Positions 48,911-59,615 of a DNA stretch of 64,000 nucleotides are shown here, piece by piece. A model generated the notes under the pieces. It saw nothing but the letters and a program-made list of their open reading frames with translations. It was not told where the DNA came from and did no database searches. This DNA comes from an uncultured Actinomycetes bacterium (GTDB taxonomy: Bacteria; Actinomycetota; Thermoleophilia; RBG-16-64-13). A program made the position numbers and the translations under genes. Each line of letters begins with the position of its first letter. The first letter of the stretch is position 1. The stretch is taken from positions 1,568,001 to 1,632,000 of the forward strand of contig CAWJDT010000001.1 in NCBI GenBank assembly GCA_963841735.1. Reading direction: 5' to 3'.

Positions 48911-50140
48911 CTAGCCGAGGAAGGTATAGGCCGACTCTCTGTGCTGGGTGAGGTCTAGGCCTATCAGCTCGTGGTCGGGCTTGACGCGCAGTCCTATGAA
49001 CTTGTCCACCAACTTGAGCAGCACCCAGGAGACCACGAACGAGAAGACCGCGGTGACCACCAAGGTGACCAGCTGCACCCAGAGCTGGCGCGCGCCGGAG
49101 TGGAATAGCCCGTTTGCCCCGTTGGAGTTCCACGACAGACTGGCCCATAGTCCGACGGCGAGTATGCCCCACATGCCGGCAACGCCGTGGATGCCGAAGG
49201 CGTCCAGGGAATCGTCGTACTTGAAGCGGGCCTTGACGATCATCACCGAAATGTAGCAGAGGCCGCCTGCGATGGCGCCGATGGCCAGGGCCGGGAGCGG
49301 GCCGACGAAGCCGGCCGCCGGCGTGATGGCGGCCAGCCCGGCGATGAGGCCGGAGAGGAAGCCCAAGGTGGTGGGACGTTTGGCTATGAGCCAGTCGAGG
49401 AGCATCCAGGCGAGGGCTCCGGCCATGGCGCCCATCTGGGTGGTGACGAAGGCCAGGGTGGAGATGGCGCCCGCGCTGAGCGCGCTGCCCCCGTTGAATC
49501 CGAACCAGCCGAACCACAAGAGGGCGGCGCCCAACACGACGAAGGCCAGGTTGTGCGGCGTGCCGGTCTCCGGGTAGCCACGTCGTTTGCCCACCACCAG
49601 AGCAGCGGCCAGGGCCGCCATTCCCGCGCTGATGTGCACCACGGCGCCGCCTGCGAAGTCAAGCGCTCCCAACTCGCGCAGCCATCCTCCGTCGGCCCAT
49701 ATCCAGTGCGCCAGGGGATCGTAGACCAGGGTGGCCCAGAGCACGGCGAAGACCAAGAAGGCGCTGAATTTCATACGTTCGGCGAAGGCGCCGATGATGA
49801 GGGCCGGCGTGATGACGGCGAACATCATCTGGTAGACCATGAAGAGCAGGTGCGGCACCGTAGCCGCGTACACCGCGTTGGGTTCCAGGGTGACGCCGTG
49901 CATGGCCGCGTACGACAGTCCGCCGATGACGCCCCCGTGGTCGGGGCCGAAGGCGAGGCTATAGCCAAACAGCACCCATTGCAGGCCGATGACGCATACG
50001 GCCGCCAGACACTGCATGAAGACCGAGAGGATGTTCTTTCTGCGAACGAGGCCTCCGTAGAAGAAGGCCAGCCCCGGGGTCATGAGAAGAACCAGGGCCG
50101 AGCTGATGAGCATCCAGGCGGTGTCGCCACTATCGATCAA
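48911..50140 (-). CDS. amtB: Ammonium transporter
   Basis: DSGDTAW, DFAGGAVVH, WFGWFGFNGGS, DDSLDAFGIHG. Confidence 0.95.
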   Translation of the reverse strand: MIDSGDTAWMLISSALVLLMTPGLAFFYGGLVRRKNILSVFMQCLAAVCVIGLQWVLFGYSLAFGPDHGGVIGGLSYAAMHGVTLEPNAVYAATVPHLLFMVYQMMFAVITPALIIGAFAERMKFSAFLVFAVLWATLVYDPLAHWIWADGGWLRELGALDFAGGAVVHISAGMAALAAALVVGKRRGYPETGTPHNLAFVVLGAALLWFGWFGFNGGSALSAGAISTLAFVTTQMGAMAGALAWMLLDWLIAKRPTTLGFLSGLIAGLAAITPAAGFVGPLPALAIGAIAGGLCYISVMIVKARFKYDDSLDAFGIHGVAGMWGILAVGLWASLSWNSNGANGLFHSGARQLWVQLVTLVVTAVFSFVVSWVLLKLVDKFIGLRVKPDHELIGLDLTQHRESAYTFLG

Positions 50141-50267
50141 GATGTCACTCCTTAGGTCGCCGCCGGCGCGTGGATCGAGTCGAGCGTTGGCTAATGTAGC
50201 AGGCGAGACGGGGTTCTCGGAAGATGCCTGCCGCATCCGCCGTGGGAGCGGGGCCGGGGTCGGGCGC

Positions 50268-50768
50268 TCAGATCACCGGCTGCCTCTTGTCCAGCAGGTG
50301 TCTGACGGCCAGATAGGGGTGCCGTAGTGTCATCCGTGGCCCGGAGTAGCGCATCACGGTCTTGATCTGCCCGCGCGTCTCGGGCCGGAAGCAATGCACG
50401 GGGCAGTGGCTGCAGGTGGGTTTGTCTTCACCGAAGCGGCACTGCTCCACGCGGCGGCGGGAGTACTCGGCCAGGGCGGCGCAGGCGGGGCAGAGGCCCG
50501 GATCGGCGGACTCGGTGGCGGGGACCGCACTTGGGGCGGTGCTCGCGGCCGGCGCTCCCGCGACCGCGCCGGTCATGTCCGCGGCGCCGGTTTGGTCAGC
50601 GCACGAGTCCGGGCCCCCGCTGGGTGCGCCGGGGTGGCTGGCTCGGCAATACATGCCGATCATCAAGGCTACAGTGCGCTGTTCTCGGCGCACCCGTTCC
50701 ATAGCGTGGTTCGTCAAGGCTCTTCCCATCTGCTCCCGGTTGGCGGCAATCCTGTATCTTATGCTCAC
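50268..50768 (-). CDS. YgbA-like (nitrous-oxide-stimulated promoter family) protein
   Basis: MIGMYC, KPTCSHCPVHC, MRYSGPRM. Confidence 0.85.
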   Translation of the reverse strand: MSIRYRIAANREQMGRALTNHAMERVRREQRTVALMIGMYCRASHPGAPSGGPDSCADQTGAADMTGAVAGAPAASTAPSAVPATESADPGLCPACAALAEYSRRRVEQCRFGEDKPTCSHCPVHCFRPETRGQIKTVMRYSGPRMTLRHPYLAVRHLLDKRQPVI

Positions 50769-50792
50769 TTGTATCTTAGGAGGTAGTCCATC

Positions 50793-51023
50793 ATGGGTTT
50801 CATGGGTCCCTGGGAATGGGCAATCGTGGCCGTTCTGGTTCTGCTCGTGTTTGGCGGCAAGCTTCTGCCCAAGCTGGGCCGGTCTCTCGGCAAGAGCCTT
50901 ACCGGGCTCAAGCAGGGTGCGAAGGAAGGCACCGAAGAGTTCAAGTCGGCTGTGTCGGAGGACTCCGATGCCGGCAAGAATGACGCGAGCACCAAGTCTA
51001 AAGAGGGCGACGACTCCAAGTAG
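50793..51023 (+). CDS. tatA: Twin-arginine translocase TatA
   Basis: GPWE...LVFGGKLLPKLGRSLG. Confidence 0.9.
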   Translation: MGFMGPWEWAIVAVLVLLVFGGKLLPKLGRSLGKSLTGLKQGAKEGTEEFKSAVSEDSDAGKNDASTKSKEGDDSK

Positions 51024-51092
51024 CTCGGGTGGGCGTCGGCGGCGGTTCCGCGGCCGCGTAGCGTCGGCGTCGGCGCTACGGTTCTGGGGTCG

Positions 51093-52334
51093 CTACAACA
51101 GCTCCAGGAAGCTTTCCATCGCCTGCCGTGACTTCTCCTGTTGTGGTCCGCCGCGGGCCAGGGCGTCTCCGTCGATGGCTAAGAAGGGGATGCCCGCCTC
51201 CATGAAGGCTGCCCGCACCACCGGGACCGAGCCCAACCCGTGCCGGCAACCCCAGTGGTTGAAATGCACCACTCCATCCACCTTGAGCTGTTTGGCCAGC
51301 GCCACGTTGAGACGGGCACGGCGGGCCGAGCTGCCCCACATCACGTTGTCGGTGAGGCGTTTGGCCAGGCCGGGGAAGGGATCGTCGGGGTCGACGGTCT
51401 CGAGGTGCATCTGCCCCATCTCTTCAAAGAGCACCGCGGCCCCCCGTTCACGGATGAGCTCGAAGATCTCAGCGTCATGGTGCGGGACGGTGTGAAGCCA
51501 CAACAGGCGCTTCCACTTGCGGCCGTCCTCGCGCGGGGGGATGATGATGTCGGAGCGGCCGTGCTCGGTGAGCAGCCGTTCGAAGTCCTTGGCACCGGCT
51601 TCGGTGCCCCACATCAGCTGTCCGAGGAACACTAGGGCGAACGTCTCGCGTCCGTCCATCTCCAAGCGGCCGGCGACGCGTTCTGACATGATGTGGCCCC
51701 AGGCGGCCGAGGCCCTGTTCGAGAGTCTGATGGCTCGGTCGAGATCGGGTCTGAGCCCGGTCCAGCGGCCGATGTCTTCGTGAAGCTCCCGCATCTGCTC
51801 GGCCACGTCGGCTACCACGGCGGGTGAGGCCTCGCCTTCGTCGGGCGGCACCGGCACTCGGATCTCGCGGTGGGGCACGCCGTGCCGGACGGCCAGCATC
51901 TCTAGCAGGCACTCCTTACCCAGACAGAGGGGGGTGGTGCCCAGGCACATGGAGGGGACCGGGAGCATGTCGTTCTCCACGGCTGCCAGGGCCATGCGGT
52001 GGTAGCTGCAGACGTCGCGCGCCAGCGGCATGCGCGCGGCGGCGGCCTCCAGGGGCTCACGGGACGGGGTGCCGGTGAGGGTGGCCGAGCCCAGCTCGGG
52101 GATCATGGGGGTGAGCTTGTAGGAGGTCAAGAGCTCGGTGGGAAAGAGGTACGACACCCAAGGGACAACAGCGTCAGGCTTAAAGAGATCCAGAGACGCG
52201 CTTGCAGCGTGGAGATGCATGTACTGTTTAGCGGTGCGGAATCGGAGCGCCTTGTAGCGGGATTGGGCTAGGTAGGCGGTGCGGATCACCGTCGCGCTGA
52301 GGGAGTCGCCTGTGGCGTCGTTGAGACTGGGCAT
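51093..52334 (-). CDS. 2-hydroxyacyl-CoA dehydratase (HgdAB/FldBC family) subunit
   Basis: DVCSYH, VDGVVHFNHWGC, PFLAIDGD. Confidence 0.85.
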   Translation of the reverse strand: MPSLNDATGDSLSATVIRTAYLAQSRYKALRFRTAKQYMHLHAASASLDLFKPDAVVPWVSYLFPTELLTSYKLTPMIPELGSATLTGTPSREPLEAAAARMPLARDVCSYHRMALAAVENDMLPVPSMCLGTTPLCLGKECLLEMLAVRHGVPHREIRVPVPPDEGEASPAVVADVAEQMRELHEDIGRWTGLRPDLDRAIRLSNRASAAWGHIMSERVAGRLEMDGRETFALVFLGQLMWGTEAGAKDFERLLTEHGRSDIIIPPREDGRKWKRLLWLHTVPHHDAEIFELIRERGAAVLFEEMGQMHLETVDPDDPFPGLAKRLTDNVMWGSSARRARLNVALAKQLKVDGVVHFNHWGCRHGLGSVPVVRAAFMEAGIPFLAIDGDALARGGPQQEKSRQAMESFLELL

Positions 52335-52343
52335 GGGGTGGTC

Positions 52344-53525
52344 CTAGCCCTCGAAGAGGTCGTCGTCGGGAAGGTCGGTAGAAGCGGCGCTGCTCGGGGC
52401 GCCGGCCAGGGCGCCGGCTAGGGCGCCACACGGGGCGCCGCACAGGGTGTCGGCGGGTGCCATTCCGGTTGGGTCGGCGTTGCCGGTAACGAACGGGCCG
52501 TCGCCGGCGAGCAGGTCGTTGTCGAGCAGTTGCGCCTCGAGGAAGGCTTCCACCCGGGTACGCAGGGGGCCTCCCGCGTCGAAGGGGAAGTCGACCTCGA
52601 TCTCCAGGTAGGGCAACTGCCGTTCTTGGGCCAGCTGCGCCACCAGCAGGGCGTCGTAGGCGCCGGGGTCGCAGAAGCTCTGGCGGGCGTAGATGATGGA
52701 AGTGGGCTGGGTTTCGTCGAGGTGGCGGTTCAGATGGTCCCGGCGGTCGGCGGTGGAACGGCGCGGGCACATGCCGGCGGCAAGCACCAGGTGGGCGAGG
52801 GCGAGGTAGTCGGTGGCGCCTTGCTGGGCACTGCCGGCCGCCGCTGTCGCCAAAGGCTTCCAGCGGTCTGGCGAGGTGCACGACTCAAGGCCCGAGACGT
52901 GCAGGCCCAGAGTGCCGACCAGACGCAGCAGCGAGTCGTCGCTGAGCGGCCCGGCCACCAGGAACACCCCTCCGGGACGCGGAGGAGCGGGGTAATCCAC
53001 GGAGGGGGGCACGGCCACGGGGGCGGCCTCGTCGGCAGCGGATGAGGTGGTGGGCGTGGTCCCGTCGCCGGCTGTGCCGGCACGCAGCCACTGGTCCAGG
53101 CACCGCAGGTCGGAGGCCAGCGTCTTGGCGACCGCCGCTCCAGACGTGCGGGGCATGGGCAGCACGAAGACCCTTCCAGGATAAGTGGCCGCAAGCAGGT
53201 CGCCCAGGCGGCGCATGGCGTCGCAGCCACCGGGCACCACCAGGCGGTCGGTGGATGAAGGGCCGGCCGCGGCCGCGGTAAGCGGGGGGGCACCAGCCGC
53301 GGCGCCAGCTCGCGCGTCGCGGCTCGGAGTCCCCAAGACCTCCTGGGCTGCGGCGACCAACTTGGTCACGTACGGGCAGGTCATGGGGTGCACACTGAGG
53401 GATTCGCGGCGGGCGGGTGCGCTTTGGTCGCGCAGATGGCCACCCAGCCAACGGGGCGAGTATCCGGCCTCGACAACGAGGTCAAGGGGCAGTAGGTCGC
53501 AGGTGTAGTAACAGTTGGGCATCAA
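52344..53525 (-). CDS. 2-hydroxyacyl-CoA dehydratase family subunit
   Basis: YTC, CPY, CDAMRR, FCDP, TRVEAFLE. Confidence 0.8.
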   Translation of the reverse strand: MMPNCYYTCDLLPLDLVVEAGYSPRWLGGHLRDQSAPARRESLSVHPMTCPYVTKLVAAAQEVLGTPSRDARAGAAAGAPPLTAAAAGPSSTDRLVVPGGCDAMRRLGDLLAATYPGRVFVLPMPRTSGAAVAKTLASDLRCLDQWLRAGTAGDGTTPTTSSAADEAAPVAVPPSVDYPAPPRPGGVFLVAGPLSDDSLLRLVGTLGLHVSGLESCTSPDRWKPLATAAAGSAQQGATDYLALAHLVLAAGMCPRRSTADRRDHLNRHLDETQPTSIIYARQSFCDPGAYDALLVAQLAQERQLPYLEIEVDFPFDAGGPLRTRVEAFLEAQLLDNDLLAGDGPFVTGNADPTGMAPADTLCGAPCGALAGALAGAPSSAASTDLPDDDLFEG

Positions 53526-53657
53526 TCGATCCCTGCCAGGTTATGGGTCGGAGCCGGTGAATACAAGCCCTTGGCCCTTGAGTTGAGCGATTGGGGTCCC
53601 ACCGGTGGCGGTTACTCGACAGCCGCCTGGGGCACTATATGGGAAGCCGAGCAGTTA

Positions 53658-54344
53658 ATGGAGTCGGGTCAACGACTATCGAGATTATCGAGGTTCGCTA
53701 TGTCCAGCGCAAGCGAGCCCGCCGGGGCGCTCCGGTTGTTACTCTTCAAGAGCCGCATGGTGGCGTACGCCCGCTTTGGCTCCGATGGATGCTTGAAGGA
53801 CGCCAATCCGCGGTTTCTCAGTCTCGTCGGTGGCGAGAGCGACGATAGGCGGCTGCCCCAGTTGGTGGTCGAGGGCCAGCGCGAGGAGATGACCAAACTG
53901 CTCCGGGAGCGCCGGTCGTCGGGCGCAGCGCTCAACCTGCATTTTGCCAAGGGGGTCGAGAGTCCGGTGACCCTGTTGGTGACATGGGAATGGGACGACG
54001 GCGACCTCATCCTGCTTGGAGAGGCGCAGGCGGACGATCTAGAAGCCACGCAGGCGACTCTCGTGAAACTGAACCGCCAGGTGTCGGAGTTGGCGCGGGA
54101 GAACGCCAAGAGGAACGCCGCTCTCGAGAAGGCGCTGGCAGACCTGAGCGCCTCTCACTGGCATCTGCGCCGGCTCCAAGAACTGCTCCCCATATGCTCC
54201 TACTGTGGCAAGGTGCGCACGGGAGATGACTACTGGCAGAGCGTGGAGGCCTATCTTTCCGAGAACGCGGATTTTCTCACCCACGGCATCTGCCCGGAAT
54301 GCTTTGTCAAGGTGCAGTCGGAACTGGAGGAACGCCATGAGTGA
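53658..54344 (+). CDS. PAS-like/coiled-coil regulator with a Cys-rich tail
   Basis: LPICSYCGKVR...YWQ...THGICPEC. Confidence 0.75.
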   Translation: MESGQRLSRLSRFAMSSASEPAGALRLLLFKSRMVAYARFGSDGCLKDANPRFLSLVGGESDDRRLPQLVVEGQREEMTKLLRERRSSGAALNLHFAKGVESPVTLLVTWEWDDGDLILLGEAQADDLEATQATLVKLNRQVSELARENAKRNAALEKALADLSASHWHLRRLQELLPICSYCGKVRTGDDYWQSVEAYLSENADFLTHGICPECFVKVQSELEERHE

Positions 54345-54747
54345 ACGCGGCCCGGGGGGTCTGGGGGATCGTCTGAAGGATGAACATGACGCTATTCTCG
54401 CCGCGGTGGCGGCGCGTATGCGCGGCGACGAAGACATGGGCAAGGTCGCCGCTCAGAGAGGTCTGAGCGAGGCCGATATCAACAGCCAGGTCTTGGGTTT
54501 CTGGCTGCAGGGCATCCGGAGCGATTTGACTCTGGGCACTACCGCCGCGATGCAGCAGAACATGACTTGGCTCAAGAGCTTCCGTTCGGGCCACGACCTC
54601 CCCTTCGACGGAAGGGCGGTGCGGAGATGCTTCGCCGAGCTCTCCGACGAAATCGACTCCCGGCTTGATACCGAGGAGCATCGGGCCGAGTACGCCACCT
54701 TCAGGACTCAAGTCGACACGATCATTTCCGATTCGTTTCCCGAGTAG
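54337..54747 (+). CDS. Hypothetical globin/RsbRD-like helical protein
   Basis: GGAGG SD; overlaps the upstream stop. Confidence 0.65.
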   Translation: MSERGPGGLGDRLKDEHDAILAAVAARMRGDEDMGKVAAQRGLSEADINSQVLGFWLQGIRSDLTLGTTAAMQQNMTWLKSFRSGHDLPFDGRAVRRCFAELSDEIDSRLDTEEHRAEYATFRTQVDTIISDSFPE

Positions 54748-54783
54748 CACCCCGGACCACAGCTTATGTGAAGGGAGCCGGCG

Positions 54784-55416
54784 ATGAAGCTGGAGGAGTA
54801 CATCGACCATCTGATCGCGGGCGAAGACGGACTTTGCCTGGCCGAGGCTCAAGAGATCGCCCAGGATCTGCCGGGCCTGCACAGGCTCTACGTCGAGACC
54901 ATCCAGCCCTCTCAGTACAGGGTGGGGGAGATCTGGGAGGGCGGCAAGATATCCGTGGCGGCCGAGCATCTCGCTACCGCCACCAACAGTTACGTGGCCA
55001 CCCGCTGTTATGCGCCGCTCGCTCGGGCGGCCTCGGGCGGGCCGAAGGCGATGGTGGCCTGCACTCCAGAAGAGATGCATGAGTTGGGCCCGCGCCTGCT
55101 GTCGGACCTGCTCGAGTGCGACGGCTGGGATGTGGATTTCTACGGCACGTCCATGCCGCTACGCGACCTCATCGGCGCGATCAAGGAGAGCCGGCCGCGC
55201 TTTGTTGGACTGTCCGCCGCCTTGGTCATGCATCTGGGCAGCGTGCGTAGCACGATCACCTCCATCAGAGAGACTCTGGGGCCGGCGACTCCGCCGATAG
55301 TGGTGGGCGGAAACGCCTTCAGGGGGAGCGACGACCTCTGGAAGAAGGTGGGAGCCGATCTCTATGCGCCCGACGCCTCCACGGCAGTGGCGATGCTGCG
55401 CGCTCTGCGGGACTGA
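54784..55416 (+). CDS. Cobalamin-binding domain protein
   Basis: VGEIWE..ISVAAEH, EMHELG, VGLS, VGG. Confidence 0.88.
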   Translation: MKLEEYIDHLIAGEDGLCLAEAQEIAQDLPGLHRLYVETIQPSQYRVGEIWEGGKISVAAEHLATATNSYVATRCYAPLARAASGGPKAMVACTPEEMHELGPRLLSDLLECDGWDVDFYGTSMPLRDLIGAIKESRPRFVGLSAALVMHLGSVRSTITSIRETLGPATPPIVVGGNAFRGSDDLWKKVGADLYAPDASTAVAMLRALRD

Positions 55417-55505
55417 GCCCTCCGCCGGCCCGCCCGTCTCTCGCGCCCGCCCCCCCGGCGTGCTATAAATGCCGAGGTGCAAACGGTTCCTGGAGGCGAC
55501 GGACG

Positions 55506-56210
55506 ATGAACAAAGTTTTCCCTAGCGCTGAAGCAGCCATCTTCGATATCGGAGACGGGGCGTCGATCTTGAGCGGGGGATTTGGCCTGTGTGGCAATCC
55601 GGAGAACCTGATTCGGGCGCTTCACACAAAGGGCATAAGAGATCTCACCATCATCAGTAACAACTGTGGCACCGATGAGTATGGGCTGGGGATCCTGCTG
55701 CAGTCCGGTCAGGTCAAAAAGATGGTGTCCAGTTATGTGGGCGAGAACAAGAACTTCGAGCGGCAGTATCTCAGTGGCGAGCTCGAAGTCGAGCTTTGTC
55801 CCCAGGGTACCTTGGCCGAGCGGATCCGCTGCGGCGGGGCCGGCATCCCGGGCTTCTACACACCCACCGCGGTCGGCACCATGCTGGCTGAGGGCAAAGA
55901 AGTGCGCGAGTTCGAAGGCCGTGAGTACCTGTTGGAGATGGGCATAAAGGCCGACTTTGCCATAGTGAACGCCTGGAAAGGTGATCGCCTGGGCAACCTC
56001 GTCTACCGCAAGACCGCCCGCAACTTCAATCCGCTGTGCGCCACCGCCGGCAAGGTCACCATCGCCGAGGTCGAGGAGCTGGTGGAAGTGGGCGAGCTCG
56101 ATCCCGACCTCATCCACACTCCCGGCATCTACGTGAACCGGGTGATCCAGGGCGAGCACTACGAGAAGTGGATCGAAAAGCTCACGGTCCGGCCGAAACC
56201 GCAGGCGTAG
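55506..56210 (+). CDS. 3-oxoacid/acetate CoA-transferase subunit A
   Basis: [26 protein letters not shown]. Confidence 0.93.
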   Translation: MNKVFPSAEAAIFDIGDGASILSGGFGLCGNPENLIRALHTKGIRDLTIISNNCGTDEYGLGILLQSGQVKKMVSSYVGENKNFERQYLSGELEVELCPQGTLAERIRCGGAGIPGFYTPTAVGTMLAEGKEVREFEGREYLLEMGIKADFAIVNAWKGDRLGNLVYRKTARNFNPLCATAGKVTIAEVEELVEVGELDPDLIHTPGIYVNRVIQGEHYEKWIEKLTVRPKPQA

Positions 56211-56244
56211 TCACTCGGCCGAGCATATACCTCAGGAGGCGATA

Positions 56245-56901
56245 ATGGGACTTACCAAGGAACAGCAGGCCAAAAGAGTCGCGGCCGAATTCCAGGACGG
56301 CTACTACATCAACCTGGGCATCGGCATGCCGACCCTGGTCAGCAACTATCTGCCCGAGGGCAAGGATATCTTCTTGCACTCCGAGAACGGCATCCTCGGC
56401 GCCGGGCCGTACCCCTATGAGGGCGAGGCCGACCCCGATCTGATCAACGCCGGCAAAGAGACCATCACTGAGCTGCCCGGCTGCAGCTACTTCTCCAACG
56501 CCGATTCCTTCGCCATGGTCCGCGGTGGGCATCTGGACGCCACCGTGCTGGGCGCCATGGAGGTCTCCGAGAAGGGCGATCTGGCCAACTGGATGATCCC
56601 CGGCAAGATGATCAAGGGCATGGGCGGCGCCGGCGACATCGTCAAGGGTGCCAAGCACGTGATCATCATGATGGATCACAACGCCAAGGACGGCACCCCG
56701 AAGATCCGCACAGAGTGCACCCTCCCCCTCACCGGCATCAAGTGCGTCAACCTCATCGTCACCGACCTCGCTGTTCTTGAGGTCACGCCCGAGGGCATGG
56801 TGCTCAGAGAGGGCGCGCCGGGTATGACTGCGGAAGATATCCAGAAGGTCACTGAGCCAAAGCTGATCGTCAGCCCCGACTTCAAGTCCATAGAGGTCTA
56901 G
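56245..56901 (+). CDS. 3-oxoacid CoA-transferase subunit B
   Basis: NLGIGMPT, catalytic SENG, GMGGA. Confidence 0.93.
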   Translation: MGLTKEQQAKRVAAEFQDGYYINLGIGMPTLVSNYLPEGKDIFLHSENGILGAGPYPYEGEADPDLINAGKETITELPGCSYFSNADSFAMVRGGHLDATVLGAMEVSEKGDLANWMIPGKMIKGMGGAGDIVKGAKHVIIMMDHNAKDGTPKIRTECTLPLTGIKCVNLIVTDLAVLEVTPEGMVLREGAPGMTAEDIQKVTEPKLIVSPDFKSIEV

Positions 56902-56920
56902 GCGGGAGCAGGAGAGCAAG

Positions 56921-57610
56921 ATGCCCAAGAACAAGGTCGTAGGCCTCCAAGAGGCGGTCTCCCGCATCGAGTCCGGGATGACGGTGGCCGTAGGGGGTTT
57001 CCTGTCGCAGGGGGACCCGCTCACGCTTATCCACGCATTGCTGGAATGTGATGTCAACGATCTGACCATCATCTCCTGCACGGCGGGTTTTCGCGACCGC
57101 GGCATAGTGGAACTGGTCAAGGCCGGTAAGGTGCGCAAGGTCATCGCCAGTCACATAGGCACTACTCCAGACGTGGTTAAGGCTTACCACTCAGGCGAGA
57201 TCGAGGTGGAGCTGGTGCCGCAGGGCACGCTGGCCGAGCAACTCCGGTCCGGAGGCGCAGGTCTGGGCGGTTTCTTGACTCCTACCGCTTTGGGCACGCA
57301 GATGGCCAACGGTAAGCAGCAGATCGAGGTGGACGGCAAGATGTATCTGCTGGAGAAAGCCCTCAAGGCGGACGCCGCCCTAGTGCGCGCCCACGACGGC
57401 GACACCTGGGGGAACCTGAGGTACCGGGGCACCGCCTCCAACTACAACCCCCTGTGCGCGGCGTGCGCTCAATACACCATCGCCGAGGTGGAGTACTTGT
57501 ACAGCCCGGGTGAGATATCACCGGACAGCGTGCACACCCCCGGCATATACGTGCACTCTGTCGTTAGGTCCGATCTTGTCTACCGCGGCTCTGCGCACGG
57601 AATATGTTGA
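56921..57610 (+). CDS. CoA-transferase subunit A (second)
   Basis: VGGF, PQGTLAE, HTPGIYV. Confidence 0.92.
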   Translation: MPKNKVVGLQEAVSRIESGMTVAVGGFLSQGDPLTLIHALLECDVNDLTIISCTAGFRDRGIVELVKAGKVRKVIASHIGTTPDVVKAYHSGEIEVELVPQGTLAEQLRSGGAGLGGFLTPTALGTQMANGKQQIEVDGKMYLLEKALKADAALVRAHDGDTWGNLRYRGTASNYNPLCAACAQYTIAEVEYLYSPGEISPDSVHTPGIYVHSVVRSDLVYRGSAHGIC

Positions 57611-57620
57611 GGTGCCTGTA

Positions 57621-58295
57621 ATGGATATCAAGAACATCATCGCCGCGCGCGCGGCCCAGGAACTGCAAGACGGCCAGGTGATCAACCTGGGCATCGGAGT
57701 TCCCACCCTGGTTGCCAACCACGTGCCTCCGGGCATAGACGTGGTCATTCAGACTCAGAACGGGGCTGTGGGCGTCGGCCCTGTTCCCGATGAATTTTGC
57801 GCCGATCATGACAGGGCTAATGCCGGGGGGCAGCCGATAACTCTGGTGGCCGGCGGAAGCTTCTTCGATTCAGCTGCCTCGTTCGCCATGATCCGCGGCG
57901 GCCATATCGACATGACCTTCTTGGGCACCTTCCAGGTGGACGGCGACGGCAATATCGCCAGCTACGAGGTGCCCGGCAAGATCGTGGCGGGCATGGGCGG
58001 CGCCATGGACCTGCTGGTCGGCGCCAGGCTCGTACACGTCGTCACCGAGCACTGCTCGAAAGACGGAGAGAGCAAGCTGCTCAAGAAGTGCACTTTCCCC
58101 TTGACCGGAGCGGCTGAGGCCGACGGCATCATCACCGAGCGGGCTGTTTTCAAGCGCTACCCGGATAAGGGTTTCGTGCTCGAGGAAGTAGCCCGAGGCT
58201 ATACGCTGGAGGACATAGCCGCCTGCACGGAGATGGACTACGTGGTCTCCGAGAACGTCAAGATGGACGCCTACGGGCCAGAGCCCGGGGAGTAA
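57621..58295 (+). CDS. CoA-transferase subunit B (second; TQNG in place of SENG)
   Basis: NLGIGVPT, GMGGAMDL. Confidence 0.9.
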   Translation: MDIKNIIAARAAQELQDGQVINLGIGVPTLVANHVPPGIDVVIQTQNGAVGVGPVPDEFCADHDRANAGGQPITLVAGGSFFDSAASFAMIRGGHIDMTFLGTFQVDGDGNIASYEVPGKIVAGMGGAMDLLVGARLVHVVTEHCSKDGESKLLKKCTFPLTGAAEADGIITERAVFKRYPDKGFVLEEVARGYTLEDIAACTEMDYVVSENVKMDAYGPEPGE

Positions 58296-58313
58296 TCAAG
58301 AGAACGGAGTGTC

Positions 58314-58991
58314 ATGCGGGCGATCGCTCGCCACTCCATAGTGATCGTGCTGGTGGCGGCGTGGATCGGAGCAGTCGTCTACCCTGATCCGCGCCCTTTC
58401 TTCACCTCCGCGGCTCGCCTGAAGAATCCGCCGGTGGACGCCGGCGCCGCTGCTGAGGTCGCTGCCCTGCTTCCCGACGACTACAAGGCCGTGGAGGACT
58501 TCGTCGCCGTCAACGTGGTCTACAAGACTGCCTGGGAGCTATACGGGTTGCCCTGGTATTTCCCCACGGTCCCGGAAGTCATCGCCGACCGGGCGGGCGA
58601 CTGCCAGGCCCAAGCCGTTCTGATGGCGAGCATCCTGAAGGCTAAAGGCATGCCGTACACGCTGCGCTATTCGTTCGACCACGTATGGGTGGACTATCCG
58701 GGTAAAGGGGCGACGGCTCTGGAAGACCCGAGCACGTCGTTCGTGTCCGATGATGGAAAGGGTTGGCTGGCCGGTTTGCCGGACAAGATCCCTCTGTGGA
58801 CGATCATTAAAGTGCGGGTGGCCTATCACTGGACCCCCATGCCCTTTGTACAGAAGCTGCTGATCGTGCTGGGGGTGACCGTCATCGTCGGCTTCGGCGA
58901 GCGGCGCTTTTTTGGCCGATTGAGGCGGCGGGTGTGGCGCGGTAACCCGGCCTGGGCTCTTCCGGTGTCCGCCGGGTCTGGAACGAGATAG
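58314..58991 (+). CDS. Transglutaminase-like membrane protein
   Basis: GDCQAQA, HVWV. Confidence 0.75.
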   Translation: MRAIARHSIVIVLVAAWIGAVVYPDPRPFFTSAARLKNPPVDAGAAAEVAALLPDDYKAVEDFVAVNVVYKTAWELYGLPWYFPTVPEVIADRAGDCQAQAVLMASILKAKGMPYTLRYSFDHVWVDYPGKGATALEDPSTSFVSDDGKGWLAGLPDKIPLWTIIKVRVAYHWTPMPFVQKLLIVLGVTVIVGFGERRFFGRLRRRVWRGNPAWALPVSAGSGTR

Positions 58992-59067
58992 CGCCCGCGG
59001 CGCCGTGGGTGGTCGCCACCGGTGCTGTCATCGCCGCCGCGGTCGGGGCCACGCCACGCGTCCTCTA

Positions 59068-59580
59068 CTACAGCCCGCGCAGTTGCTCCACGATGGCCTC
59101 CCCGTGCTCGGCCACGTAGGCGTTGCCGGGTGCGTGCCCGCATTTGCGGCACTTGATGTCATAGGCAGAATTGAGGGTGTCGCATGCGGCACAGGAGTAG
59201 TGCTCCTTGGCTTCCTCCAGCCAGGCTTCCGCCCCAACCTCCGCGATGCGCGCCAAGTTCTCGTATATCTCGATGCGGTGGGGCCTCTCTTGCCTGAACT
59301 CGTCCAGCGCCGAGCAAGGGTATTGCTCGCACTCCACACAGAACGCGTGGCCGCGCAGCTGCACGCACGAGTACAGGGTGCAGGCCTCGCAGTAGGGCGT
59401 GCGCTTCTCCGACCGGCAGCCGTCGCAGTGGGCTTGCTCGACAGTCCAGCCCATGCGGGACGCGAAGAGGGTCAGTCGGGCGGGGTCCTCGTGGCTGCCT
59501 ATGAAGATGCCGCAGGTGTCGCACGGCAGGCCGCAGACGGCCGCCGTCGCAGGGCCTTGGTTGCGTTCCGGGGTTGTCAC
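59068..59580 (-). CDS. DUF3795 Cys-rich protein
   Basis: CGLPCDTC, CDGC, FCVECEQYPC. Confidence 0.85.
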   Translation of the reverse strand: MTTPERNQGPATAAVCGLPCDTCGIFIGSHEDPARLTLFASRMGWTVEQAHCDGCRSEKRTPYCEACTLYSCVQLRGHAFCVECEQYPCSALDEFRQERPHRIEIYENLARIAEVGAEAWLEEAKEHYSCAACDTLNSAYDIKCRKCGHAPGNAYVAEHGEAIVEQLRGL

Positions 59581-59615
59581 GATATGTCCTCCTGTGGTGT
59601 GAATGCGAAGCCCGG

